NCBI GenBank assembly: GCA_051294375.1
Contig: CM119267.1
Span: 22,259,486-22,323,485 of the forward strand
Reading direction: 5' to 3'
DNA from: Paraspadella gotoi
Lineage: Eukaryota > Animalia > Chaetognatha
DNA length: 64,000 nucleotides
Part shown: piece by piece, positions 29,059 to 41,212 of the stretch
How positions within the stretch are numbered: the first letter of the stretch is position 1
How the letters are laid out: each line of letters begins with the position of its first letter
Translations under genes and position numbers: made by a program
The notes under the pieces: generated by a model
Database searches by the model: none
Seen by the model: the letters and a program-made list of their open reading frames with translations, nothing else
What the model was told of the DNA's origin: nothing

Positions 29059-30783
29059 TTATACCGCAACAACGGCGAAATTGTCGTACATTGCCCGACG
29101 GCACTCTTCGCCCCGACACTTCCGCAAACGATCTAAACTTCTCCAAAATCCCTTTCTTCTTTCGACAGAGAGCGAAGGGGCAGTGTTGACCAACTGATAT
29201 GGATCCGCTTTCAAGTCGTAGTGCTCAACGAAACTCTCTTCGTCGTCGAACTTACAAAAAACGTCATTTTTTTCCGCGTTGAATGTGCGCACGCACACGT
29301 ACGTGTTGTTGACGGCGTCCTCGCACACACAATCTGGAAAGCAATTGGCGACGCCTCCGGCTGCCCTCTCAGCGGCGCAGTCGGGCGGAACGCCGCCACC
29401 AGATTCTCCCTGATGCTCGATGGTGAAGGAATCCCGAGGAGGATCGGGTCCGAATTTCGCGTCGCTCGTTAACGTCATCTTCAAGGAGACGCCGTCCACG
29501 AAATCAGGTACGACTCCGCCTGCGAGATCGACGATCGTGGGCGCAAGATCGATGTTTAGCGCCACCTGAGACACGCGCCTGTTGGCGGATATGCTGGGTC
29601 CGCGGACGATGAGGGGCACGCGGACATCGAACTCGTATAACTGACGCTTGTCATTGGGCAGAGAGAACTGACCCAAATGGAAGCCGTTGTCAGACGTGAA
29701 AATCACGTAGGTGTTGCTCAAAACCCCGTGGCGCCGCAAAGTCGAGACCACGCTTTCGACGAGATCGTCCACGGATTTAAGAGTGCGCCAACGTTGGCGG
29801 AAAGTGTCGTTAATGTAGGTCATGGACTCGTTGACCATGGGGCTCCTAGCTCGTCTCAACAACCAGTGCTTGTCCTTTCCGTAAACGCCGAAACTCGGGA
29901 GTCGCGACGCCCTCGCGTTGGCAAAGTCGCCCGCGTATTGCGGGGCCGGAATAAAAGGCGCGTGCGGTGCCGGAGTGGCTAACATCATGAAGAAAGGATC
30001 ACGATCGAGTGTGGAAGTTCTATCAGCGAACTTCGTATTAAGATATTTGACGGCCTTTCGTCGTATGACGTCGGTCAAATAATCCGTCGCGTATTTATCC
30101 CCGTGCCTGACCTCAATCCCATTCTCGGAAAGGCTGTAGTTGTAATACTGAGAATTCCCTATCAACCCGTTCCATTGATCCCAACCAACGGGCACGCGAC
30201 CCGGTCCGCCGGTTATATTTTTTCCGTATTGGTTTAAGTATTTTCCCGCGTAAAAAGTGGAGTAGTTGAGCGCCTTCATCTGCGCCGCCAGGGATTTCGG
30301 CTCGAGATCTTTCTGCCAAGCGGGGCCGTCGCACCCGCCGGTTACAGAGTTGTTGACAACGCCCGTATTGTGGGCGTACATGCCGGTGAGCAGAGACGAG
30401 CGTGACGGACAACAGAGTGGCGTGGTCACGTACATCGAATCGAAGGTGGTTCCGTGGCCGGCGAGAAGAGAGAGCGTTTTGGGCATAGGGGTTAAGCCAT
30501 CTAATGGTTCATTGATTATTAATTATTAGAGGGATTTTTTTCTCCCGCGTTACCTTCGCTCACTTTCTGTAATTGAATATTTTTTTTTCAAAAGTGTTTC
30601 TTTCCCAAAACCGTCCTTTGCAATTTTATGTTTTTTTTTCTAATTAAAGCTATGTTTTCCTGCTAACTTACCCAAAAGGACGTCTTGATCGTCGGTAAGG
30701 ATCACGACAAAGTTTGGTCGTTTTGCCGACGAAAACTCCGTCGCGAGAAGAAACGACGCAACGAGAAACCAAAATCCCAGCAT
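29059..30783 (-). CDS. GNS: N-acetylglucosamine-6-sulfatase, 2 exons
   Basis: Signal peptide and RPNFVVILTDDQD in exon 1 (ATG at 30783); CCPSRSSLLTG sulfatase motif; TFYAGKYLNQY; TPAPHAP; YVIFTSDNGFHLGQFSLPNDKRQLYEFD. Confidence 0.93.
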
Positions 30784-30960
30784 TATTTGGCCTTAACTTC
30801 TCGAAAGCTTATATTAATATTCACGTAGATTTAAGGTATAAATAACATTTATTTTTCAAATGAACGTATAAACGAGGGTGAAGAAAAAAGAAACTAACTC
30901 GTATTTTACAGGATCAATAACAACAACAAAAATGTTAACAAATATAAATATTATTAAAAA

Positions 30961-33557
30961 CTAGGAATCCGTGGCTGATGTGACTGATTCCAGAAAAACG
31001 AGAACAGCCAGAATAGAGCCAAAGATCCAACTATGATTCCAGCCGGCGCCGGCGCCAGCGCCGCAAGTCAATGAATCCAACGCCCGACTCGGCGGTGAAT
31101 AAGGTTCGTCCACGTTGGAATAACACCAGTTCTTTCTTCGCTTTTTCTCTGGAGAAATCTCGAAGTCTTCGCCGCAGACGAAGCCGCAGTTGGTCGGGCA
31201 GACGAGGTGGCCGAGGTGCAGCCAATCGTCGCGCAGCATTCCGACCTTTATACGCTGTCCCGGGCGGTCGCAGCGGTAAGTTCGATTGCGAATCTCCACG
31301 GTGACAACGACTCCCTCACTCGATCCGGACGTCGAACACCCAACTCGATAACAACCCGAGCCCCAGTGGGACACGTAACGAATCTTATCGCACTGAAGCA
31401 ATTCCCATGGGCGGTACTGCTCCAGGCAGACGGAATCGGGTCCGTAGGTCTCTAACGCGTAGTTCTTGTTCTCGTCCGGCGAATTGGAGGGGATTTTGCA
31501 GGAGGAGCCGCGGACGACGCGATCCTCGCTTCGCCAGTTGAAGTCTTGTACGAAAGGGCAGTAGTCGGCGAGGACGACGGAGCCGCCGAGGAAGCGGGAG
31601 TTGGAGGAGGAAGAGGAGGAGGAATCCGCGGAAAAGTAACGATACTCTGCGGGAACCTCCTCATCGTGTTCGATCAAGTTGCAGAGGCCGACGGCGGCCA
31701 GGCTGGGTTCTGTGCACTCTGTGCGGAGGGTCGTGGCGCGGTGGCTGGACTCTGTGCAGAAAGGGTGCCCGTCGAGACCGAACTCGAAGCAGCTTCTTTG
31801 GGCGAAGTCGCATCCGAGGTTCTTTCCCCAGGTAAGGATCTCGGCCATGGAGTAGTTGGACACGAACCAGCCGGTGTCCTCCATGAGGGCCAGGGTGATG
31901 CGGCTAAATACTGGGTTGTGGGTGTAGGTGCCGGTCATAGCCTCGTTGCCGAAGACCCTCTTTTCGAGATGTGTGAATTCGGTCCCGTGTCCGCCTTGGT
32001 TCTCTAATTCGGCGCCTGGAAAAAGAGACGAATTTAAGAAAAACTGTTAAACGATTTGACAACTGTTCTCATCACATCCGTTCCAATAACCGATAAACAG
32101 TTATAACAAAGGAATAACTGACGAAAACCCACAACTCGCCTTCCAGCGACGGGCAATTAAAATGTTGTCGGACTTCTTTGATTACGCGTGGCGTCACGAT
32201 GTAGTCGAATTTTCTCTTGATTTCACCCTTGACGCTCCGCCACGTTTTTACGAAAGACTTGACGATGTTCGACGACCACTGATGACTGGAAGAAAAAAAA
32301 GATTGAATGATACCGTCAAAAAAATGATAATTAGATCGGCAAATATATGTTCTTACAGATTTATGGTTTCGTTGTAAAAGGGTTTATTGTCAAAACTTCG
32401 CCGAGGCGTGAGAGGCGCCCCGTTGTCGTCGCGATAAAAGGCATACAACCCGGCAGAGTATCCCAGCGCGTGAAGAATCTCGTGCTTTACCTGGAGATTC
32501 AAGGATCGTATAAATTAAATTTGCACTTTTGATGTCCAAGCGATAATAGTGAAAGGAAACAAATACCGTGGAAAGAAGGCTGGCGAAATCGTGGGGTGCG
32601 TTGGAAAGGGTCTTCACGGAAGGACAAATGTTCACGTATCCGGCCAATGGTCGGTCGGTGTCCGCTTCCAACTGACAATAGGCAGCGTAGGCGACGGTGT
32701 TGGGAATTTTGCATCGATCCGACATCACGGTGGAAGTGTACAAAATGAAGTCGGTATTTTCGAATCCTTGACCTGAATTCAATACAATTCGACTAAAAAT
32801 GACTCTTAAATAAGAGAAAGCAATCCTTGGTTCAGTATGGATCAAACTCACCTCGGTGTCCTTTGGAGCGACAATTTTCCCCCTTTTCGTTGCAATAGCG
32901 ACATTCTTGCAGATGAGACTCGGGAAGAACGAAATGGCCACAGGTCGTTTCCCTGGCGCAATCCTTCCAGCAATAATGCTCATGGTTGATGGGAGTGAAA
33001 ACCTGAAGATGGTCAAACAACGATGCCCTCTCTTAAAAGCGAAATGACAGTAAAAGTGTAGGCCTCTCACGTATGTTAATTTACCTGACCATAAAATTTT
33101 ATGTAAATCAACAAATTTTTTTCAAATACCTGCAGTGTGACGCAATGGCGGTCCAAGAGAATTTTCTTGACGGGCCGTTTGGCGGAGAGCGTCTTCTCCC
33201 AAAAGGCGACGGCGCGGGGAATGATTCGCTCTTGAATCAAGGACCTCTGAGCGTCGGTCAAATCTTGGAGACTCGAGTCGTAGACGACGCGAATTCGGAG
33301 CGGAAGTCGCTAATTGGGTCAGGGTGAAGTGACACTAAGTAGTAAGTACGTAGTATACAACAAACAACAAATAACAAAAAGGTTATAAACACCTCATTTG
33401 TAGACCGTTTTACTGGCGTAGTGGTGTCTCTTTCCTGTCTAACGTGAAACTTCAACTCTTCTGGACGGGGATACCGATGGTTGCACGCGTTGTGAGCGAA
33501 TTTTAGGTCGAGGAAGGACAAAAGGAGGAGAACGGTTAAGTAGAACGGGATTGCCAT
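30961..33557 (-). CDS. LMLN: Leishmanolysin-like peptidase / invadolysin (M8), multi-exon
   Basis: Signal peptide; [25 protein letters not shown]; spliced [10 protein letters not shown] (HExxH); [25 protein letters not shown]; hydrophobic GPI-like tail. Confidence 0.92.
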
Positions 33558-33734
33558 TTTGATTTTTAATAACGAGATCAAACAACATTTTTGTTCAAAG
33601 AAACGTCAATTTTCGCAATATCATTTTGGTACCCTAAAAATAAAATAACAGTAAAAAAGAGTACGGCATAGTCCAATAAAAATTTTAATCAATAGGAGTA
33701 ACAAACAACTCGATAGAAAAAAAAAAAATGAAAG

Positions 33735-35195
33735 CTATCGGCCCGATTTCAAAACGGCACGCCTCTTGATCATGTACCGATCGATCATAAATAAAACGCG
33801 TCTGTTTTGCACGCTCGTCATCTTCACTCCGTTCAGTTCGAAGTGCGACTTTATCCGTTCGAACAAATTACTCTTAGACAAGTCACCCTCTCGGTTGATC
33901 AGATCCTCTAGCAGCAACTTCTCTTCATCGCCGAACAACCTGGTGGAGTCGTCGCCGACTCCGCCGCCGCCAAATACGTCGTGAGCGCCCTCGACGACGA
34001 CGCGCCACTTAGCGATGTCGCCGACGAAAATCCGCAATTTGACCATAACCGCGCAATTGTGCCTGTCCTGCTTGAATCTCTTTCCCGCGCACAGAGGAAG
34101 GCAGACGCCCAACCCGCCGCAACGTCGACGACACTGAGCGGAGCCAGGGCAGAAAAGATACCAGGAGCAGACGGAGGTGTCCTTTGCGGCGCCGGCCCTG
34201 ACACGGTCCCGAAGGGCGACGCCGGCGTCGGTGAGGACGAACTCGTCGTCCAACCAGTTCTTCCTCATTGGTCGGCCGCCTCGGGACCAAGACTCCTTGG
34301 CGGCGGCAACGGCGCTGTTTTTCCGTGGCGTCTCCCTCACGGCGACGAGACGTTTTTTCAAAGCCCGCTTGCCCCGATTGAGGACGAGGCCTTTGGTTAA
34401 GGGGTGGGTTTTGAGAAATCGAAACAAGGGTTTGCCGACGTCCACAGTCGCGGCGTTTGTCTGAAGCGTCCCGTCAAAACTATCAGTGCTCGTTATTCCT
34501 GAAGGATCTTCCAGGTCGAAACCAATATGCTCGTCATCGGATTCACAGAAAATCATCGTACGATCGTCGTCTTCGGAAACCAATTCCGTTTTAATAGATT
34601 GACTCTCTCGATGACTAGCTTCGCCCTTCTCTTCTTCTACATCACTAAATTCATTCTCAACTCGATGGGCGCATCTTTTCCGTTTCCGGCGCCTCCTGCT
34701 ATCTTCCTGCGTAACCTCTGCAAGTCGTGAGGCCGATACAGCGCCCACGACCTCTTTCAACGGCCCTATCATGTTATCAAAGATTACGCTGGCAAGGTTT
34801 GGATCGCGCCCAGCTCGCATAAGATCCCGCCCACCGGGAAAGTTGGCGACCACTACGGAACCGCGCAGGCCGAAGTTTGGGCGCAAGCTGACGGCGTCGC
34901 AACGATCGTAAAAGGCACGCGTGAGAGCCGGGAGAGGGCGTTCTAGGACGGTGGAAGTCGTTTCGGGAACGACATCATCGACTGCACAACCAATGCTACC
35001 AAATGTTACAACAAGATCCAAATTGGAATCAGACGAGTCGCAAAGGAGTAAAAGTTTGCTCTGAATTATTTTTCGGTTGGGTTCGAGAAATTCGATCAGG
35101 GAAAGTTTAAAGTCGCTGTGATAAGCAAAAAAACCCGGCAACGATTTGCGGAATAGAGCATTTTCACCCACGATGAGAACCGCAGTTTTTATCAT
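33735..35195 (-). CDS. Uncharacterised single-exon protein: degenerate MogA/gephyrin-G domain, NLS-like basic run and Cys/His-rich C-terminal domain
   Basis: ~486-aa ORF. DLVVTFGSIGCAVDDVVPETTSTVLERPLP..LRPNFGLRGSVVVANFPGG parallels the gephyrin G pattern [46 protein letters not shown]. Also RRRKRKR. Confidence 0.7.
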   Translation of the reverse strand: MIKTAVLIVGENALFRKSLPGFFAYHSDFKLSLIEFLEPNRKIIQSKLLLLCDSSDSNLDLVVTFGSIGCAVDDVVPETTSTVLERPLPALTRAFYDRCDAVSLRPNFGLRGSVVVANFPGGRDLMRAGRDPNLASVIFDNMIGPLKEVVGAVSASRLAEVTQEDSRRRRKRKRCAHRVENEFSDVEEEKGEASHRESQSIKTELVSEDDDRTMIFCESDDEHIGFDLEDPSGITSTDSFDGTLQTNAATVDVGKPLFRFLKTHPLTKGLVLNRGKRALKKRLVAVRETPRKNSAVAAAKESWSRGGRPMRKNWLDDEFVLTDAGVALRDRVRAGAAKDTSVCSWYLFCPGSAQCRRRCGGLGVCLPLCAGKRFKQDRHNCAVMVKLRIFVGDIAKWRVVVEGAHDVFGGGGVGDDSTRLFGDEEKLLLEDLINREGDLSKSNLFERIKSHFELNGVKMTSVQNRRVLFMIDRYMIKRRAVLKSGR

Positions 35196-36409
35196 TCTTA
35201 GCAACTAATATAAAAAATAATTCACCTTACATTGTAAACAGTTGTAATAAGGGTAATAGAGTATAAACAAGAAAAAAATACCTTATTTATTCGATTTGTT
35301 AAAAAATAGCGAAATCTGCTTTTTTTTAACTGCTAACAATTTTTTATACAAATAATTCTGAGTCAGCATGTAATTTTCAACTTTTCAATATTTTTTTAAC
35401 GTCATCACATACCCAATACGGCGGAACAAAGTAAAAACTAAGAGTTCTGTAATATAAATAACCTTAGAGCATTAAGATTTTATGTATAGTTAATAACATA
35501 GAACCATTTAAAGTTTATTGTATAAATCATAAAACAATTTATGTTCACATAGGAACTTTTTGCAACCATTCCCGCAATTATTTGTTTGCTCTGTTTTCTT
35601 TCAAAAAAAAAAAAAAAAAAAAACTGTTCAAACAAAATAAATTTGGTCCAGTAGTTTTCTCGGAACGTGTTCTGGTCACAAAAAACGGGTACTGTGGACG
35701 AACATATAGAACATGCAACCTCGGTCAAACCACTTGACCTTAACAACTTGACCCCGCTCGTCTCCCCCAGTTTATTTGTGGTCAAAACGTTGACCTTTGT
35801 AAATACCATTGTAATAGACTTAGCATCGGAGCATTTTGACTGTTATTGTTTATAACCTTGTTGAAGAATAAATCATTCTTGATCTGAAACTTGTGTCGTC
35901 CATAGTACCTCATTTTATAATATAAAGCTTTCTGTATTACATAAAATGTTTTGAATCGTGATTCGAAATAAAAAGACGATACATGTCGGAATAAAAAAAA
36001 ACAAAAAAAACAAACCAACAACCATCAGTCTCGACTTGTAAAGTTCCATGACTAATATTGACTATAGACGAAAAAAAATAAGTAAAAGACGAGATCACAG
36101 ATAAAACTGTGTAGAATAAAGAAAAAAATTAGCCAAATTACTATTACATTCATCCAATGAGAAAATAAGTCCGTTTTTTATTGCCAAAAATTGTTGTTAG
36201 TAACAAATAAAATCTTTGTTTTCTCTTACTAATTCATTTAAAAAAGAACAAAAGGATTCAACTGGGCACTTTTGTTATTTACCGATTGAAAAAAAAATAT
36301 TTGAAACGGAATGTTTACATAATACATATAAATAAACAAATAATTTTTTGTTATAACTGATAACTACGATATATTTCTTGATATGATAGTCATTTTTAAC
36401 CGCTGTTTT

Positions 36410-39372
36410 TTATATAATACTGAGTTGATTTATATCCAATATTCCAAAATGAATATTACGATGCTTGTGAATCAGAAGAAGGTCCGTTTCACACAATGTT
36501 GATCTCGCGATGAAATTAGCCCCTTCAAATTTTTCTCTGCCGAAACATTTTTCTTCGATTACTTTTAATCCATCATTTATTAGCTCTTTGTGTTTTTCGA
36601 TGATTTTGTCTCTATCATCAAAATTTCCTCGAGAACTGAAAGCGGTTATAGACTTTCCCAGGAGTCTTCCTTTGTTGTCTAAATAATGATGTTGCTTCAA
36701 AATACCCAAAATGTTGTCCGTAAGAAAGTCTTCTTCAACGAATTCTCGTTCTAAATCCCAAGATTTTATCTGCTTAAAAGAATTTTGTTGGGGACGACAG
36801 AGAGCCAAGCATATTTTAAAGTCGGGAACTGGGAAATTCTTTTCAAAAAATTCAGCAAACTGATAATCGGTACTTGAGATTTTGCTTATTTCCTCAAGGG
36901 ATAAATTCGCATGAATGTCCCCGTCTTTAGCACATTTTTGAGTCGCTCGGAAGAACTTCTGGAAAGCGTCCGCTTTGCTATGTTTCGAAACCAAACTATC
37001 ATGGATAAGATTAGTCGACACTTTTACTTGCGAACATGCTATTCTTGTAGCTTCGGCATTAAAACGATTTTTTACATGAAGTAGAAAAACGTTAAATTGT
37101 TTTTCGTTACATTTTTGCTTTTGGACCGCCATGACGTCACATAGTTCCACATACTCATTACATTCATTTGTTATACCGTCACCAACAATGTAATGATAGG
37201 AACTATTTTTACAACTGCAGTTGCTCAAATGGTACAACTGATTATAATGATTTTCTGGTAGTTTCACGAACATCCGTAAAAACTGAATTAATCTCACAGG
37301 ACAAACATTGTTGGCGAGTTTACGCACTTTCTTCCAACAGTTTTTGTTTAGATGAGGATTGATTACAATCCAACCACGATCGAATTTCCTAATATTTGCG
37401 TCGTTACAACTGCAAACCTTACGTGGGTCGCTTTCCAAAGGACAAATTTTGTTCAAATCTAGCATATTTACTGAATGTTGAACAGTTTCAACACAGTTAG
37501 ATTTTTCTAATCTTGGTCCTTGTGCTTGCTTTTCAAGTTCATTGAGTATGAGCTCAGCTTGATGATTGCTTACATTATTAAATGAAGCAAATCGTTCAGC
37601 TGTAAACAACACGCTCTTTTTAACACACCAAGGTAAAATTTCAGGCATTTTTTCCCCTTCCGATTCAATCAGCAATCGCTTACTTACAACACTGTGAAAA
37701 GTGCGTAAGTTTTCAAGAGATGTATCTTGGCTAATTCTATAAAAACGATCTTGAAATCGGAAAACCGTTTGAAATTCCCCCTCTAAACTTGTAATAAAAG
37801 AGCAATCAATTAATTTCCAAAATTTTTTAGTTACGTACTCTGAGTTGATTGTATTAAAGAAACAAATATCTATATTTCGAATTATATCTCTCATTTGGGC
37901 CTTTTTCTTTCCGACAAATTGCTGAAGAGTATCCATAACATCTCTAATTGTGACGGTATCTCCAATTTTCGGATTTATTCCATCTGACCACCGAAGAACT
38001 TCCTTATTTAACTTCAATTGAACATTGTTACTCATATCAAAGCTTTTCTGATGGTATAAACTAGGTTTTGCATCTATGTCAAACATTGTTACTGGCTTAC
38101 CATTGATGTAAGATTCAATATCAAACGCCAAAAGCTCAAAACAATCACTTTTTGTGTTTTGGTCGTCGACTTCTTCAATGTGTCGCAGAATTTCCCAGTT
38201 GGGATCGGGTGTCTTGAAACATTGTTCAGAAATTTTATCATGCATAAAGATTAAAATTTCTCGAAATTTTTTCCCCTCTACTTCAAGATTCTCAGGAAGA
38301 GGGAGCTTAATCTGACCGTATCCAATTTCAGTAATATTTTTTTGAGGCTTTATTCCTTCAATTAAGCCAACAAATACCTGACCAACAGAATTGTCTTTAA
38401 TCGTAGCGCTAAACTTTCGTAGTGCTCCATACCTGCTCAATAAATCGTGACGATTAACGCGCTCTGTGGTGATTAAACCTTCAAAGAAATATCGAATTTC
38501 CGCGTCTGTAATGTTTAGAGGATCAAGAAAAGTTTCTGCAAACATTTTCGGAAACCCTGCATCCCTGATAATCCTAAGTTTCTGCCATACCCCACTATAA
38601 CCGCTTTTGGGCAACGCATAAAAAGGTATAGTAGGGTCTGAAGTTAACCAGAAAACGAAGGTTATCAGACCATTGTACCTATCATTCTTATCTACGAGCT
38701 TTTGTTTAGTCACTGATTTATATACCTTGCAAATATAGTATTTTACTTTTTCCCCGTTGACCGATTGTAAACCTGTAGGATTTGAAATCGTTAATTCAAA
38801 TTTATTTACGTGGATATTTTCGCCAGCTCGATTGACAAAAATACGCTGTATTTCTTCCTTAGGTTGTTTGCTTTCTTTTTTAAATCTGACTTTGCTTGGC
38901 TTTGAATATCGCGTTGTGATACCTTCGATAATTTTATTTACAGTTCGCAATCTTTCCGAAAGTTTTTCTGAATCAAATGAGTGTCTTATTTTACTAATAG
39001 CAAACAATTTTTTTTTTTATTGTCGTTTTCATTTGAAGCCGTTTCCTCATTTTCACTGTCGTAATTTTCATCATCCTCGTCCTCGTCGTCCGAAGAATCT
39101 AAGGTATTAGTTTTACGTATTGGAAAAAAATAGTCAGAAATCTTTGTTTTTATTTTGGACTGTTTTTGAGATGAGGAAAAGGAGTGATCGATATCCATCA
39201 TAGTAAGACGGTGTGAATTATCCTCATTATCCTCCCTATCGATCTCCATCATGGAATCCTGACCAGGGTCTGTCATCATCTCGGAGTCTTGAGGATTAGA
39301 TGCGAATAAAGAGGTAGAGGGCTCACCCAACTGAGGAGCCGCTTTCAACCCAGAATTTGTTCTTTGATTCAT
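36410..39372 (-). CDS. Intronless AT-rich ORF pair (128 aa + 865 aa) joined across an A11 run; TIGR04141/DUF6119-like putative nuclease
   Basis: 865-aa open frame. The motif series ENHYN ... VELCD ... LLHVK ... CSQVKVSTNLI resembles my recollection of the bacterial TIGR04141 family pattern. The 38986..39372 ORF overlaps it out of frame at the T11 run 39008-39018. Confidence 0.6.
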
Positions 39373-40834
39373 TATGTAGTCTATGTTGGGAAGCCAAGCA
39401 TAGGAAATATGCTCCTCGTAAGTTTTTATATATCAGTTTCAGATTCGTAACAAAGAATTCCTATTCAATTTTTTGTGCGATCCTGAAATCTGGTCATGTG
39501 GCAAAAGTAAGGAAACAAATACATGTATTAATTTAATCAATACAATAATTAATAATTACAACTAATAAAAACATTTGTCATGAACACGGAAAGTTGAGCA
39601 ATCAACATTGAATAAAAAAACTTTAAAATACACCCCAGATTGCAATTCGTCCGGTTTTATGGACATTTTGTCATGACCAAGTCCGCATCTCTTCCAATCT
39701 TCCAAAACCTCCTCCGGCGAAGAAGCACTTAGTCTATACACTGGCGGCAACAGCGATGGCGACTTTAAAGATCTCTCCGTCGACGCCAGGTAGGTCAGTT
39801 TCCGGTGCCAAAGTGTCGGCGATTCGGGTTATCATTCCGTTTCTTCCTCGCCGTTATTGTGCGTCAGCTGCGACGCTGTAATTCGCGAACCCGGCGCGAC
39901 TCAGCAGGCAGCCGTGTCGTTTCGTCCAGCCCAGCGCCACCTGCGACACTGGGAGTGTTGGAAACGAGTTTTGAGACGCCACCCTTTTTGGAGGATGTTG
40001 GCGAGGAGGGACATGTCAGGGAGGAAGCGGAAGAAGCGCCAAAATGGTTGCCTGACGATCGATCGTTGCAGGCTATGAAGAAAAATTAGCAAGTTATGCA
40101 ATGAATTAGAGAGCAGAAGGCAAAAAAATAACATCACTAAATTTAATCATTTTAACTAGTAACAAAATTAACAAAAATTAGCAATATTAACAAAAACTAA
40201 TATAGCGGTCAAAATATTTATTCGAATAGAGACTATATAGTACATAACCCTACATAGTACCCCTACATAGTACATACCCCTCCTCACCGAAGAAAACTTC
40301 TCTCTTCTTTAGAAGATAAACGTGTGGCGGAGCAGAAAACCTGGGACGAGAGACGACTGTCTGTCTCAGGAGGTCGGGATCGTCACCAACTTTTGACTGA
40401 CGACAAACGTCAACCTTATGACATCTGCCTAAACTCCAGTGAAAAATGAACGGATCTCATCGTCGAGATTGGGGCGGCACTTGCGAGTTTTTTTGGGTTT
40501 TTTTATTGTTAGAATGTATTTGAATAACGTCTAAGAAGAATATCCTTTTAGTTCGTATTCTACGAAAAATCTAATCAATTTTAAAGATGAACAATTGGCG
40601 AAGCACATTAGTAAGTTAAAAAAAATTGTTGAAAATACTTTGCTACACTATAATCGCATGAACAAATAATTCAATAATCGTGATTTTTTGGTCAGACTTA
40701 TACTCAAGCTCGAATCTATAAAACTTATACGACCAAAACAAAAACGTTTTAATATTAATTTGTCTGAATCTCGTGAGTTGGGAAAATCAGGGGAAGACCG
40801 GGGAGCATGTGGTAAAAGGGGTATAACAAAGTAG

Positions 40835-41212
40835 TCAATTTTTGGGGGCGCGCTGTTTGTTTCGATAACCACAACCTTGAATCTTGTTACGACAGGATAC
40901 TTGGGCCGCCACTCTCGCGAAAGCCTTCAACCGCAACTTTTCCTTAGTTCCTCTCTGACAGGTGAGACCGACATTATCCAACTCTTGCAAATTGGGAAGC
41001 AAGTTCCACAGGTGGGAGAAACATCGGGAAAAAACCACTTTCCATTCCTCCGTGGGCAGACAGTTGGCGGCGACTTCCTTCCCGAAGTCGTAAAAGAAAG
41101 AACAAAATACTTTGAATCGGACGCTGTTTTTATCTGCGACGGAGGAATCGCACGAACTTTGGATTACATGAGCCTTCGCGTTGGTTCGGAGGAAATTAAG
41201 AATCCATTGGGG
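40835..41212 (-). CDS. Alternative terminal exon 7 (PQWILNFLRTN...RAPKN*)
   Basis: Acceptor ttttatttcttatcccag|CCC CAA TGG; open for 126 codons to the stop. Confidence 0.8.
   Translation of the reverse strand, partial: PQWILNFLRTNAKAHVIQSSCDSSVADKNSVRFKVFCSFFYDFGKEVAANCLPTEEWKVVFSRCFSHLWNLLPNLQELDNVGLTCQRGTKEKLRLKAFARVAAQVSCRNKIQGCGYRNKQRAPKN

Noticed and set aside
35480-36021. Short ORFs with a CxxC motif
   Set aside because: AT-rich, crossing a homopolymer run, with no recognisable homology or exon chain.
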